NCBI RefSeq assembly: GCF_018977255.1
Contig: NW_024704742.1
Coordinates: 12,650,001 to 12,714,000, forward strand
Source of the DNA: Callorhinchus milii
Lineage: Eukaryota
Length of the DNA: 64,000 nucleotides
Direction of reading: 5' to 3'
The notes under the pieces: model-generated
The model's input: only the letters and a program-made list of their open reading frames with translations
Told to the model about the DNA's origin: nothing
Databases searched by the model: none
Program-made: the position numbers and the translations under genes
Shown here: positions 1 through 12,084 of the stretch, one piece after another
How the letters are laid out: every line of letters begins with the position of its first letter
How positions within the stretch are numbered: position 1 is the first letter of the stretch

Positions 1-165
1 CCTTTCACAGTGTAAATTAAAAAGGGTAGTACACATTATCTTTCTTTTCTTTCTTTTGTTGTCATTTTTAACATTGATCATTGTGTTCTTCAATGTAACA
101 GAATGTCATAAAGCACAGAATGAGTAAATCCTATTTGATCTATCAAGGCCCCCCATCCCCCCATA

Positions 166-470
166 CTACACAGAATGTACCCTATTGTTGACTTCTCCCA
201 CTTTCTCTATATTTCCTGGGGGGAAAGAATTGTATAGCTGCTTTGAATTGCAGTGTAATCCAGCACACGTTTTAGAATATCCATCCTTCCCTATACAACA
301 CGTGTATCCTTTCCTCCACCAGCCTTTCTCCCAATACATCCCGGCAGCATAGAAATAATCATCTCCTATGTAATATTTCTTCAAATCTTCTGCACTTTCA
401 AGCAGATACTTCTCCAATTTTCTTTTGAAAGGGTTAATCAATAACATAATTTTCTTCTTTTGCAAGTAGA
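166..470 (-). mobile_element. Decayed CR1-like 3' end
   Basis: Minus-strand 'FKRKLEKYL' resembles the CR1 ORF2 C-terminus; compare the clearer copy at 39480-39510. Confidence 0.4.
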
Positions 471-913
471 TTTTTTTAAAAAATTGATATATCTGCTCCT
501 TAAGAGAGATTTTTTTCTTCCTATTCCAGGCAAAAAACAGTCATTTGGTGGCCCTATTAAGTTGGTGCCTACCAACTGGAAAAGACTTGTGCTAAAATCT
601 TCACTAATACAGCGATTTTAGTTGTTTGACTATTCGGATTGCAAATTCTGTTTAAAAGGATTTGGCAAACCTTTTCAGTGTGAGACAATTGTTTCTCCCC
701 TATAACCAATATGACTGATGCAAAACTGACCATTTGGTGGAAAATGTTACACGGTAAAAGCGTAAAGTTCCTGAACTAATAGTTAGACTTCTTATGGTTG
801 AGTTTGATAGTTTTTATTATTAATATTTACATGCTATGTTTGTACCTAATTTTAAATCATAATATTACTGGCTTAACATTGATTTTCTCACTAAATCTCT
901 GGCATTCCTTCAG

Positions 914-1097
914 TGCTTTCTGTCATTCAGAGAATGTTCCTCGACTGGATCATTTTTTTAAGCTATATTTCCAGCGGGCCATTCAGCCTGCAAAACTGAA
1001 CTGCAGTGCCAGTGCCCAGTATTACGATGGCTACAGTGCATTGTTTTTAGATGGTATTCCTGGAGTCCGCTGGCTAACATTACCACAGGATATCAAG
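914..1097 (+). CDS. INTU: Inturned planar cell polarity protein, internal coding exon (first visible; upstream exons lie outside the window)
   Basis: ttcag|t...aag|gtaaag. Translates (S)[28 protein letters not shown]...[13 protein letters not shown], matching vertebrate INTU '[10 protein letters not shown]...PGVRWLTLP'. Confidence 0.92.
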
Positions 1098-1819
1098 GTA
1101 AAGCTACTTTCAAGAATGTACACCATTAGTGAAAATAAATGTTATTCTAATCTAGTGGAGATTACTATGTACTTCATTTTTAGGGCTGGGAGCTACCTGC
1201 AAATGAATGAGTCCCAAACTAATAATCTCACAAAATATTTTAACCTATAACTTGGTAAAAAGAAAAATGCTGCAAAGGCATTTTAAATAAGTACTAGGGA
1301 ATGTTAAACTGACACTTTGACAAATGTAGCACAGTAGCCTTTTGAAGGAAACGTGCTTCTGTTAAAATCATTTGAATGGTCAGAATTGCTTTTCCTAATT
1401 ACTGATAACTTTTGCTCATTGCCCTTATGAATTGGTACATTTCTAGCAGCCATCTTGAATATGCTGATTACAGAAACTGCATTTTACACTTTCTTTGTGA
1501 TGGAACTGTTTCATAATCATAAATATTTGTGTTGAATTAAAAGTTGTAAGGAGTGACTCAGGACTGTTATACAATTCATCTTCAGGAGAGCCGAACCTTT
1601 CATTATCTAAGATCCTCGACTCATTTGCTGTTTGTGACTTCATTCAATTGCCCAACTGAGATGTAGAAAAACACTTCCCAATTTCTCAGATGTTTAAGAT
1701 TCATGTTTTCAACTAGTTTAATAGATTATTTTTTGGCAGTGAAGTCTCCAGATTATTTGTGATTCAAATATGGATCGTCTTTATTCAACCTTGCATCTGT
1801 TTTTAAATTTCTATTTCAG

Positions 1820-1873
1820 GTAGACATCGATACCACATTGAGTGATCTGGAATCTGCAGACTTTGGAGAACTG
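1820..1873 (+). CDS. INTU: INTU coding exon (54 nt)
   Basis: tttcag|gta...ctg|gtattg. VDIDTTLSDLESADFGEL, similar to human MELDMALSDLEAADFAEL. Confidence 0.92.
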
Positions 1874-2329
1874 GTATTGACCTTAGCATTACTAATAACA
1901 TTTTAATATTTGTAAAATCTAAATACTAATTTAGGCAGTTTGTTACTGTTTTTTTATTCGATATAAAACAAATACTCATGATTGTATTCAGGATTTGGTA
2001 AAACATTTTGGCCAAACAAGAAAAAATGCTTGGAGTATGATTACTTAATTAGCAAATATATTGTTTAAGGCAGAAATATTTTACTGTAAGTTTTTTTTAT
2101 TCATTGAATAAGAACTTTTTCAAGCGCGTAGGGGATATTAGCAAAAGTAAAGAAAAATGAAGAGTGGGCGAAGTTCTGGAAACCATAACATGGAATTGAA
2201 TTTGTGACCCTTTAAAAAAGCAAAACTTTAATTGGTTTCTGAGAAAATTTATAAAGTATATTTTAAATTCTGCAGTTCATTTTGTGTATATGGAGTTTCA
2301 GAAATCATTTCATAAAGTGGCATATAGGA

Positions 2330-3001
2330 AACAATTAAGGTGCCTGGTAATAAAGATGCATTAGTGACTTGGATACAGGAATGGCTTAAAGAAAGAAGGC
2401 TAAGTGTAGGAATAAATAGATACTTCTTGGATGGATGTAGTTGATGGCATGGCCAAGGAATCCAGTCTGGGAATCATTCTTCTGCATTTATTTATAATAA
2501 TTGATTTAGAAATTGGAATTGGGAAAAATTTCTAGGTTTGTTGAAGAACACTATTATACTATTAACTGCTGTGCACAATTGGCTGCCGCGTTTCGCCCAC
2601 AAAATATTGCAGTCAATTCACTTTACAGTATATTCTGTGAAGCACTTTGAGAAGTCTCGAAGACGTAATAAGGTGCTATATCAAATGCAAGAATTATCAT
2701 TAGGGAGTATCCAAACTGCATAGAAAAATGCAGGAAATGGCAGCACAGACATCTTATGAAGAATAGAAATATGGGTGGCAGATGCAGTTAATGTTGAGAA
2801 ATATGTAGTACATCTCGGTAAAACAAAGTGAGGAAGTACAGAATACCCTGAATGCTACAGTCCTTAATAACGAGGAATAGGGAAATCACACAGATCCTTA
2901 AGATAGGCTCCCATATAAAAAAGACCTTAAAGAGGCAAGTGGATTTTGAGTTTTATATACAGAATTGTTGAACACAGCAAATTTGTACATGATATTGGTT
3001 A
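2330..3001 (+). mobile_element. Decayed CR1 LINE fragment with a SINE 3' half (2566-2701) inserted
   Basis: CR1 RT-like text (tggatacaggaatggct; cagatgcagttaatgttgagaaat). It appears to resume after the L2 at about 6360. Confidence 0.55.
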
Positions 3002-6000
3002 AGTGGTTATCCACCTGACCGCTCGCTCCCGGTCCCCGCGTGCGCAATATGGCTGCCGCTATGACCCGAGCCCCCTCACCCCCTCCCTCCCTCCCTCCTC
3101 TCTACCCCCAAACCCTCCCCCCTCTGCATCTCTCCCGCTCTCTCCTCCTCTCTCTCCGTCCCTCTCGCCTTCTATCCCCACTTGACCCTCCCACAACCTC
3201 CCTCTGCTCCAGCCTGGGAATCCTCCGCCGGGCTCACCGTGGCACTCGGCGTTGGCTGTCCAGCAGCCAATGACTGCCCCATTCCCCACCACACTCGCCA
3301 GCCACCCCGGACACAGACCCAGGGAGCCAACCTCTCCTCCCTTATCCCCATTTCCCCCACCCCTCCCTCCCCACACACCCTTCTGTCAACCGCTCCATCC
3401 ACATCGGACTACAAAACGTCCGCTCCCTCTGTAACAAGGCCCTGGTCATCAACGATCTCATCCTTGATGAGAACGTTGATATCATGGCCTTAACGGAAAC
3501 CTGGCTCACCCCAGGCGACACCTTCCCCCTCACGGAGGCCACACCACCCGGCTACACCTCCCACCACATCCCTCGCCCCAACCGCCGTGGCGGCGGTGTT
3601 GCCCTTATCTCAAGGACACCACTTGCCCTATCCCCCTACTCCTCTGGCTCTTTCCCCTCTTTTGAGCACCTCACCCTCTCCCACCCCTCCTTCCTCTCAC
3701 TTAAAATCCTCCTCCTCTACCGGCCCCCTAAAACCTCTCCCACCTTTATCTCTGATATCTTAACACTTCTCACATCTCTCTGCCTCTGCTCTGATCGCCT
3801 CATCATCCTGGGCGACTTTAACCTGCACTTCACCCCCTCCTGCTCAATCTCCTCAGATTTCTCTTCCCTGCTCTCCTCGCTCAACCTCTCCCTCCACATC
3901 AACTCCCCCACTCACAGTCACGGCCACCCACTCGACTTGGTGATCACCCGGGGCCTCAGTGTCTCGGATGTCACCATCACCAACAAGGCCATCTCCAACC
4001 ACCACTTCATCTCCGTCACAACCTCCACCCCCCTCCCCACCTCCACTAGACCCACCACCACCATCTTCTACCCCCTCAATCCCTAACCTCTGCCTTGGAG
4101 TCCTCTGAATTCCTCTCCCGCTGGGCCTCAACCCTCACCGACCCCTCTTCTGCTCTCACCCTCCTCCACAACACCCTCTCCTCCACACTTGACACTCTTG
4201 CCCCATCACCTCCCGTACTGTCTCCTACTCTCGCTCCTCCCCCTGGTTCACCACCCACCTCCGCTCACTGAAGAGCCAGGTGCGGGCCGCTGAACGCACC
4301 TGGTCAAATCTGGCCTAACGGTCCACCGACAAATCTGGCTGGACCTCCTCAAAATCTACCGCTCCACTCTAGCCTCGGCCAAATCGTCCTTCTACTCCAG
4401 GATAATCCTGGAGGCGAAGGACAACCCCAGGCTACTGTTCTCTACCACATCCCAACTCCTCCGTCCCCCCCGCCACCCCGCGCAGGTCATCTCCTCCAAC
4501 CTTCACTGCGAGGAGATGCTGGATTTCCTTGAATCCAAGATCAAGGGAATTCGCTCCGCGGTCACTTCCCCTCCAACATCCACCCACCACCCTCCACCCA
4601 CACTCCGACTCCTACCCAACCTCCACTACACACCTTCGTACCCGTTTCCCCACCCTCTGTCACCAAACTCATCCTATCCCTGAAACCCACCACCTGCTCC
4701 CTTGACCCCATCCCCACTCCACTCCTTATCTCCCAGCTCCACCTCCTTGCCCCACATATCACAGACATCATCAACCTGTCCCTCTCCTCTGGCTCTATTC
4801 CCATTCCCTTAAAAACTGCCACCATCACTCCCACCTTAAAAAAACCCTCCCTTGATGCGTCGCAGCTATCAAGCTACCGGCCCATCTCCAACCTCCCCTT
4901 CCTGTCCAAGGTCCTGGAACGAGTTGTCGCCTCCCAGCTGCGCTCTTTCCTCTCCAACCATTCATTATTCGAACCCCTTCAGTCGGGTTTCCGTGCTGCC
5001 CATAGCACAGAAACTGCCCTGGTCAAGGTCACCAATGACATCCTGACCATCTGTGACCAGGGCTCCCTCTGCCTCCTCGTCCTCCTCGACCTATCGGCAG
5101 CATTCGATACGGTCGACCACGCTATCCTCCTCCACCGCTTGTCCTCCCACCTAAACCTTCAAGGCCCTGTCCTTGAGTGGTTTAGGTCGTACCTCTCCCA
5201 ACGTCTTCATTTTGTTTCCACAAACGGCTTATCCTCCACCCCCCGCACTGTCTCGTGCGGTGTCCCTCAGGGCTCTGTCCTCGGTCCCCTCCTCTTCACC
5301 CTCTATATGCTCCCCCTTGGTGACATCATCCGCAGACATGGGGTTAACTTCCACATGTATGCGGATGACACCCAACTCTACCTTTCCTCCTCTACCCTCA
5401 ACTCCACGACCACCGATGTCCTGACAGCTGCCTGTCCGACATCGAGTCCTGGACGAGAGATAACTTTCTTCAGCTCAACGTGCGCAAAACTGAGGCCCTC
5501 CTGATTGGCTCACGTCAGCGCCTCCGCACCTCAGGCGCTGACAGCATCAGCATCCAAGGCTGCACTCTCCACCTCTCAAAGCCAGTCAGGAACCTCGGGG
5601 TTCTGTTCGACCCTGAGCTGTCCTTTCTCCCTCATATCTGCGCCACAACTGGCACCGCCTTCCATCACCTCCGGAATGTCGCCAGACTACGGCACTACCT
5701 CACCCCTCACGCTGCTGAAACTCTGGTCCACGCCTTTATCACCTCAAGGCTGGACTATGGGAACTCTCTCCTCGCCGGCCTTCCCGGCACCTCCCTCCAC
5801 AAGCTGCAGGTCATTCAGAACTCTGCAGCTCGTGTACTGTCCCGCACCAGGCTTCGGGACCACATCACTCCCACCCTCGCTCGCCTCCACTGGCTCCCCA
5901 TCCCCCAGAGGATCGAATTCAAGATCCTCATCCTCACCTACAAGGCCATTCACGGCCTTCCTCCCTCCTACCTCTCCGACCTACTATCCCACTACCTACC

Positions 6001-6358
6001 TGCCCGTACCCTCCGTTCCTCTGGCTCCGGTCTGCTCCACATCCCCCGCCCCAACCGCCCTACATCGGTGGCCGGGCTTTCAGCCTCTCAGCCCCTAGGC
6101 TCTGGAACTCTATCCCCCAGTGCCTTCGCCTTGCTTCCTCCCTTTCCTCCTTCAAGGCCGGTCTTAAGATCTTTCTCTTTGACCGTGCCTTCAGCTCCTC
6201 TCTCGACTCTCTACCCCCTCCTCGCTCCCTCCCTTCCTTCCCCTCACCCTGACCATTTCCCCCTTGCTCGGGTCCTGACCCAACTGTCCAGCGCCTTGGG
6301 ACGTCCTCCCGACGTGAAAGGCGCTCAATAAATGGAATCTTGTTGTTGTTGTTGTTGT
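3002..6358 (+). mobile_element. L2-clade LINE, near-complete ORF2 with frameshifts, inserted in an older CR1 fragment (INTU intron)
   Basis: APE endonuclease motifs (ALTETWL, LGDFN, HPLDL) and RT motifs ([34 protein letters not shown]), followed by the L2 C-terminal RLDYGNSLL and LHWLPI. Ends in a 3' stem-loop and (TTG)n tail. Confidence 0.93.
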
Positions 6359-6427
6359 AGGAGTACAATATGCAATAGCTTGTGGTGACAGAGACCAGGT
6401 TTGATCTCCTATGTAGCTAAATGAACA

Positions 6428-6734
6428 ATAATATAATAATAATAATAATCCTTGCATTTGAAATAGCGCTTTTCACGTTTTCTAGACATCCCAAAGCGCT
6501 TCACAGAATATACTGTATAATTGTGGGCGAACGCGGCAGCCAATTGCGCACAGCAATGTCCCACAAACAGTCATGGATTGAAAATGACCAATTTATTATT
6601 GTTTTGGGTTTTGGAGGGATTATTATCAGGTGTGTGGAGTAAGGAAACTTGCCCAAGGTTTCGCCCTGCCTGGAATTGAACTCAGGTCTCTCGCTTGCAA
6701 AGCGAGTGCTCTAACCACTGAGCTACAGGACTCC
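6428..6734 (-). mobile_element. tRNA-derived SINE, young family, full length
   Basis: Head ggagtcctgtagctcagtggttagagcactcgctttgcaagcgagagacctgagttcaattcc (A and B boxes), body, L2-like tail and (ATT)n. Confidence 0.9.
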
Positions 6735-7069
6735 AATGCAGACAAAAGAGCAGTTTGCAGTTTGCAAAGATAATAATTCATTTTCGGCTCTAAATCGTTT
6801 GCTCAGATGCCCAGAAATCAATTATTGAAGACCCCACTCTGCTTTCTAAAATATTAAAATGGGTGTGTTTGTCGTTAGCAATGCAACCAAACTACGGTTT
6901 GCATTATCTGATTGGCAATCAAAATCTAGCATTTTGCCCACAAAATATACCATCAATTCAGTTTACAGTATGTTATGTGAAGCGCTTTGAGACATCTCCA
7001 TGACATGATAAGGCACTGTATCAAATGCAAGGATTATTATTATTAACTCTTTCAATGATTTATTTTCAG

Positions 7070-7132
7070 TCTGAAGCTTATTATGACGTTCGCCGACTGT
7101 ATATGATACTGGGTTCCTGTCTGTTTTTCAAG
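7070..7132 (+). CDS. INTU: INTU coding exon (63 nt)
   Basis: ttttcag|tct...aag|gtgagg. SEAYYDVRRLYMILGSCLFFK. Confidence 0.93.
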
Positions 7133-7258
7133 GTGAGGCTGAAAGTGTTAAGAAAATAGTTTGATAAGACATCCAAATTATTTCAGAATCATTAGGGGGA
7201 GAGGATTTTTTTTTAGAATTATGTATCAAAGGCTTTCTGGAAGCCAATATTCCAGAAG

Positions 7259-7562
7259 GGAATCCTGTCAGTGGTCAGATCACTCGCCTCGCAACCGAGA
7301 CCTGGGTTCGATTCCTGGCAGGGCGAAACCTTGGGCAAGTTTCCTTGCTCCATATGCCTGATAATAATCCCTCAAGAAAAAAATAATAATAATTTGGTCA
7401 CTCAATCCACGACTGTTTGTAGGACCCTGCTGTGCGCAATTGGCTGCCACGTTTCACCCACAAAATATACACTTTACAGTATGTTAGGTGAAGCGCTTTG
7501 AAACTTCTAGAAGACATGAAAAACGCTATATCAAATATCAAAAAATGCAAGGATTATTATTT
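7259..7562 (+). mobile_element. tRNA-derived SINE, same family
   Basis: Same head, body and tail as 6428-6734, more diverged. Confidence 0.85.
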
Positions 7563-7917
7563 TTAATATTCAAAACATCCACTGCATTTCTGCACTAGGT
7601 TTACTCTGTTTTGATTACTTTAAAAAATGGGTGCAGCCACAAAGCTGATTGTATGATATAATTAATTCCCAATATATACTTCCATCTGTTCTCTTATTAC
7701 ATGCCCCCCCATTCTGTGAACCAGTATGTACGGCATTCTATCAAGATATAACTTCTACTGAGTTTCCCATATTCTGTTATTTTGTCAAAGAACTGCCAAT
7801 AGATATTGTTATGCTTATCTTACTTCCATTCTCAGCTAATTCCATGCTCAGCTAACTTATCACTCTATTTCTCGAGGCACTTCATTATGCTATCCTATAT
7901 TTCCTCCACAACAGATT

Positions 7918-8236
7918 TATAATAATAATAATAATAATCCTTGCATTTGATATAGCGCTTTTCACGTCTTCTAGATGTCCCAAAGCGCTTCACAGAATAT
8001 ACTGTAAAGTGAATTGACTGTATATTTGTGGGCGAATGCGGCAGCCAATTGCGCACAGCAGTGTCGCACAAACAGTCATGGATTGAAAATGACCAATTTA
8101 TTATTGTTTTCTGTTTTTGGAGGGATTATTATTAGCTGTGTGGAGTAAGGAAACTTGCCCAAGGTTTCGCCCTGCCTGGATTGAACTCAGGTCTCTCACT
8201 TGCAATGCGAGTGCTCTAACGACTGAGCTACAGGAC
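7918..8236 (-). mobile_element. tRNA-derived SINE, same family
   Basis: Closely similar to 6428-6734. Confidence 0.9.
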
Positions 8237-8740
8237 AGGATTTCAGGCTGTTTGGCTTGTGCTGTAGTTTTTGGGTTTGTCATTTTTCCTCTTCTTGTAA
8301 ATTGGTGTGGCATTCCTCAGTCTCTAATCTTCAGTCATCCAAATATACTGAACCTGGGAAAATTTGACTTGTATTATTTGATAGTTTTGCATCCACTCAA
8401 TCTGAGCCTGGCAGTCAACTCCTCAACATACATAACGTCGACAATTATACACTATAGGCATTTCACTTATACTAAATAGAATGTTTAACCTGCACTGCTA
8501 TTTTGACAAATTAATTTGAGTTATATTACCTGTTTGTGTGCAAATCTCAGTGCCGGTTTGAGAAGGAACTCAATATGTACCACTAATGTTTCAGTAATGT
8601 ATATATGGTTTCTTTAGTGTTAGTGTCTACATATTAATGACTTTCTACTGGTAATATTTTGCAGTTGCATTACTGTCCAACATTTTGTGTTGGTAGTGAG
8701 GAAATATTTACTAGCCATAATTTATTGTTTACATTTTAAG

Positions 8741-8962
8741 GGTTACATGATTGGCAATCACTTGCCAAAAGATGATCTCCTTGACATTGCACTTTACTGC
8801 CAGCACTACAGCTTACTGCCTCTAGCAGCAGAGCAAAGGATTGGTCAACTGGTCATATGGCGTGAGGTGTTTCCATGGCGGCACCATAAATCAAATCAAG
8901 AAGAAATCATTGATGGATACCAAGAGGCAGAAGGAAGATACTTTTTGCTAATTGTTGGTTTG
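8741..8962 (+). CDS. INTU: INTU coding exon (222 nt)
   Basis: ttttaag|ggt...ttg|gtaagc. [45 protein letters not shown]...[11 protein letters not shown]. Confidence 0.95.
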
Positions 8963-9914
8963 GTAAGCAACATATTTGAAAATTCAATCTCTTCTTCTGA
9001 TGCGTAGTACAAGTCCAAGGAATAGTAGATTAGAAAACCACAGTAGAAGGACCATAGTAGGTGTTAGGAATACTTAGTTGGTAGAATTCTTGCCTCTGAG
9101 TCAACATATTCTTGAGTTTAAGCCCCATTTTGATTTTGAATTCACATTCTAGCCTACACACCAATATATTGCTGAGGTGAATTGAATTACTGGATGTGCT
9201 GTCCTTCAGATGATGCATTTAAACTGAGGTCCTGTCTACCTCAGAAGGGAGTTTATCCCAGGGTCCTAGCCAACAATTCCCCCAGATAACATTGATCATT
9301 CACTTCAAAGTTTATGGGATATTGCAGGGAGAAAATTTTATGCAGCATTCGCCGACAAGGCACAGTCACTAAATCCTGTGAAACACTTTGAAATGTCCTC
9401 TTGACGTGAAAGGTGATATATCAAATGCAACAATTATTAATACTGCACTGATTTCCTGTAATCTTCATTTTAACCAATTTACTTGACACAACAACAAAAT
9501 TACATTAAATAGCGCCTTTCACGTCAGAAGGACATTCCAATATGGTAGACAGTTAAGGGCTTATACCCAAGCTTGGGGTTGGAATCGAGGAGTAGGTGAG
9601 ATGGAGGCTGAAAGCACGATCAAAGAGGGCTTTAGAAGGGCCTTGAAGGAGGCTAGGGAGGGGGTGAGGTGGAAGAATTATACGATGGAGTTCTAGTACG
9701 TGGGGCAGAAAAACTTAAGGCTCGAATGGCAATGGTGGACACCACCCACATTCAAAATATTTTGAATCCCAATGACTATATTTTATGCACAAGAACTCAA
9801 GTTAAAAGACTCAATTTAAATTAAAGAAAAGACCGTAATTGATATTTTTATTATCTCTATATTTTGGTTTTGCTATTGAAGTTCAAACTTTCATTGAATT
9901 TTTATTTTCCTCAG

Positions 9915-10427
9915 AGACATTTCATAGTGTGTGTGCTGATGCAAGCTGGAGGATGTGCAAGCAAGGCAAATGGAAACCCAGGGCCAGATTGTATATATGT
10001 TGACCAGGTTAAAGCAACCTTACTTCAGCTTGAGGGACTGGAGGCCTGTATAAAAGACAGATTGACAAGCCCATCCACACCATTCCTATCATGTGCCGAT
10101 TGGTTCCTTCCTTCTTCACGAGACCGATTGGAAAGTATCAGCAGCTCTCCCATCATCAGCAAGTTGCAAGGTTCATCCAAATCAACATTATCACCAGCAA
10201 GTCGGAGGACACTATTTGGAGACTCCAGCCTGAGGACTCGGAAGTCAAGTCCTCCAAGGACCATTGGAATCTCTGATATTAGCATTGAGGAACAGGGGGA
10301 TGCTGGTTGGCTCAATATGAACTTTAGTCCATATTTCACACCTGACTCAATGAAGAAGCAACCACAAAGAGAATCCCAGGGTTCTGGAAGGTCTGATTGC
10401 ACTGGAGGAAGTGGAAGTATATTTAAG
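9915..10427 (+). CDS. INTU: INTU coding exon (513 nt)
   Basis: cctcag|aga...aag|gtaatg. RHFIVCVLMQAGGCASKANGNPGPDCIYVDQVKATL...SCADWF...RRTLFGD...QRESQGS. Confidence 0.95.
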
Positions 10428-11334
10428 GTAATGGAAGAAATTCGGAGAGTTTTTTTTTACAAGTGTTAGTTGCACAATTCACTAATCTCCATTGCAAACA
10501 TTGTAGTAATCTGCAATGTTTGCATTGAAGTATATTCCATATCCATCTGAAAATAAATATTTCATTGTAGTGCAGAGTGTTTTCCCTATTTAAACACAAT
10601 ATTATGAATGCTGTATACTATTCGGAAAATGCTGATGGTATTATTTCTAAATTTAAGCCACTTCTGCTTTTAAACTCAAATGTTTTACTGACTTGAGATC
10701 TTGCAGGTGTAAGACAGAACAATATCCTTATCTCTTTCAGCACCCCCCCACCCCCCCAAAAAAAAAAAAAATCACACTTGGTTGTTGTTTGTTTCCAAAT
10801 TGTGTGGCTGTTCTGACCAACTGCCTGTTAGGCCTGAAGTCCATTGCTAATACTGACTTTTTTAAAATCTGCCTGCTTATTTCAACCCTCCACTTCACCC
10901 CATTTACCACTGTTATCCTGATTCCTGCTTTTGTGACCTTCGAGATGCACTTCTCCAATATTCTCCTCTTTGACTTCCTTAACTCCACCATCTATAAGTT
11001 TCAACAAACCCAAACCGTATAACTGTATTCCCTCCCACATTAGGTATTGCACACCAATCATTCCTATTATCACCACATAAAATTGCTCTATATCCCCAGA
11101 AGACCGATTTTATGATTGTGTCCTGACCTTTAAATCCCTTCAGTCTCATTTTTCTCTAACTCTGAAATTTTCTCCAACCCTATTCTCCTTCTGTTTCCCT
11201 CAACTCTCCAATTCGGGTTTATTGCTCACTCCACTTCTTTAGTCACACCCTCTGGAACTTTTCTTCAAAACCTCTGTCTTACTTCCTCTCCCCTGAAAAA
11301 AAAACGTTTTAAATATGCTTTTATTCAACGTCAG

Positions 11335-11430
11335 GTCTGACAAGGTCATCAACTTGGAGTGTTAACTCACTTTCCTCTCTCCATTGATGCTGCCTGACCT
11401 GCTGAGTGTTCCCAGCGACTTCTGTTTTTA
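11335..11430 (+). mobile_element. Penelope-like element terminal remnant
   Basis: gatgctgcctgacctgctgagtgttcccagc...ctgttttt, a motif I recognise from cartilaginous-fish Penelope-type repeats. Weaker copy at ~48340-48440. Confidence 0.5.
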
Positions 11431-11992
11431 TATTATGTAAATACAAGTTGTCTTGTTTATATCTTCAATAATCTGGTATTACATCAGATTCCCAATGATC
11501 TTATGAAGCAACTTTTATTTCAATATACTAAAAGTAACATTTTTATAAATGTGAAGGGCCTTACTCTAACCATTAACCTGCAGAGCTCAAGTACTCTACT
11601 CCTGCCTTGGGAAGGCCTCCTGATGTGAAAGGCACTATACAAATGTAAGTTGTTGTTGTTGTTGTAAGACACAGATTTACATTCATATGGTGCCTTTCGC
11701 ATCGGGAGGATGTCCCAGTGCACTTCGTACTAGCTTGGTCCCAATGATTCTTCCACACTTTTTTCGATCCTAGCATAAATGGCAGATCTGCTAGCTATCA
11801 CTGTCCTTAACAGTGGCCAATCTCAATGTAGTGATGCAGAGTAAAAGTATTCAAATTTACCAAGCGTAAATGCTTTTGGTAACCAATCAATGGTGTTTAT
11901 CTGGTACTGACTACTTTGAATATGAAAGTACCTGAGCTATAGAAGTATTGATTGGTTCCATTTCATTAGTTAAAATTATAATTTAATTTCAG

Positions 11993-12084
11993 AGTAAAAA
12001 GAAGCAAGGCACTCCCAATCCATTCTATCTTGGAAGCATGAAGAAGAACCTTTCTGAGACTGAGGCGATGTACCATATTACAAA
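11993..12084 (+). CDS. INTU: INTU coding exon (92 nt)
   Basis: tttcag|agt...aa|gtaaga. SKKKQGTPNPFYLGSMKKNLSETEAMYHIT(K), similar to human [20 protein letters not shown]. Confidence 0.9.

Noticed and set aside
3002..6358. Active LINE or domesticated reverse transcriptase gene
   Set aside because: ORF2 is broken into several frames by frameshifts and stops; no intact EN-RT ORF exists in any copy in the window.
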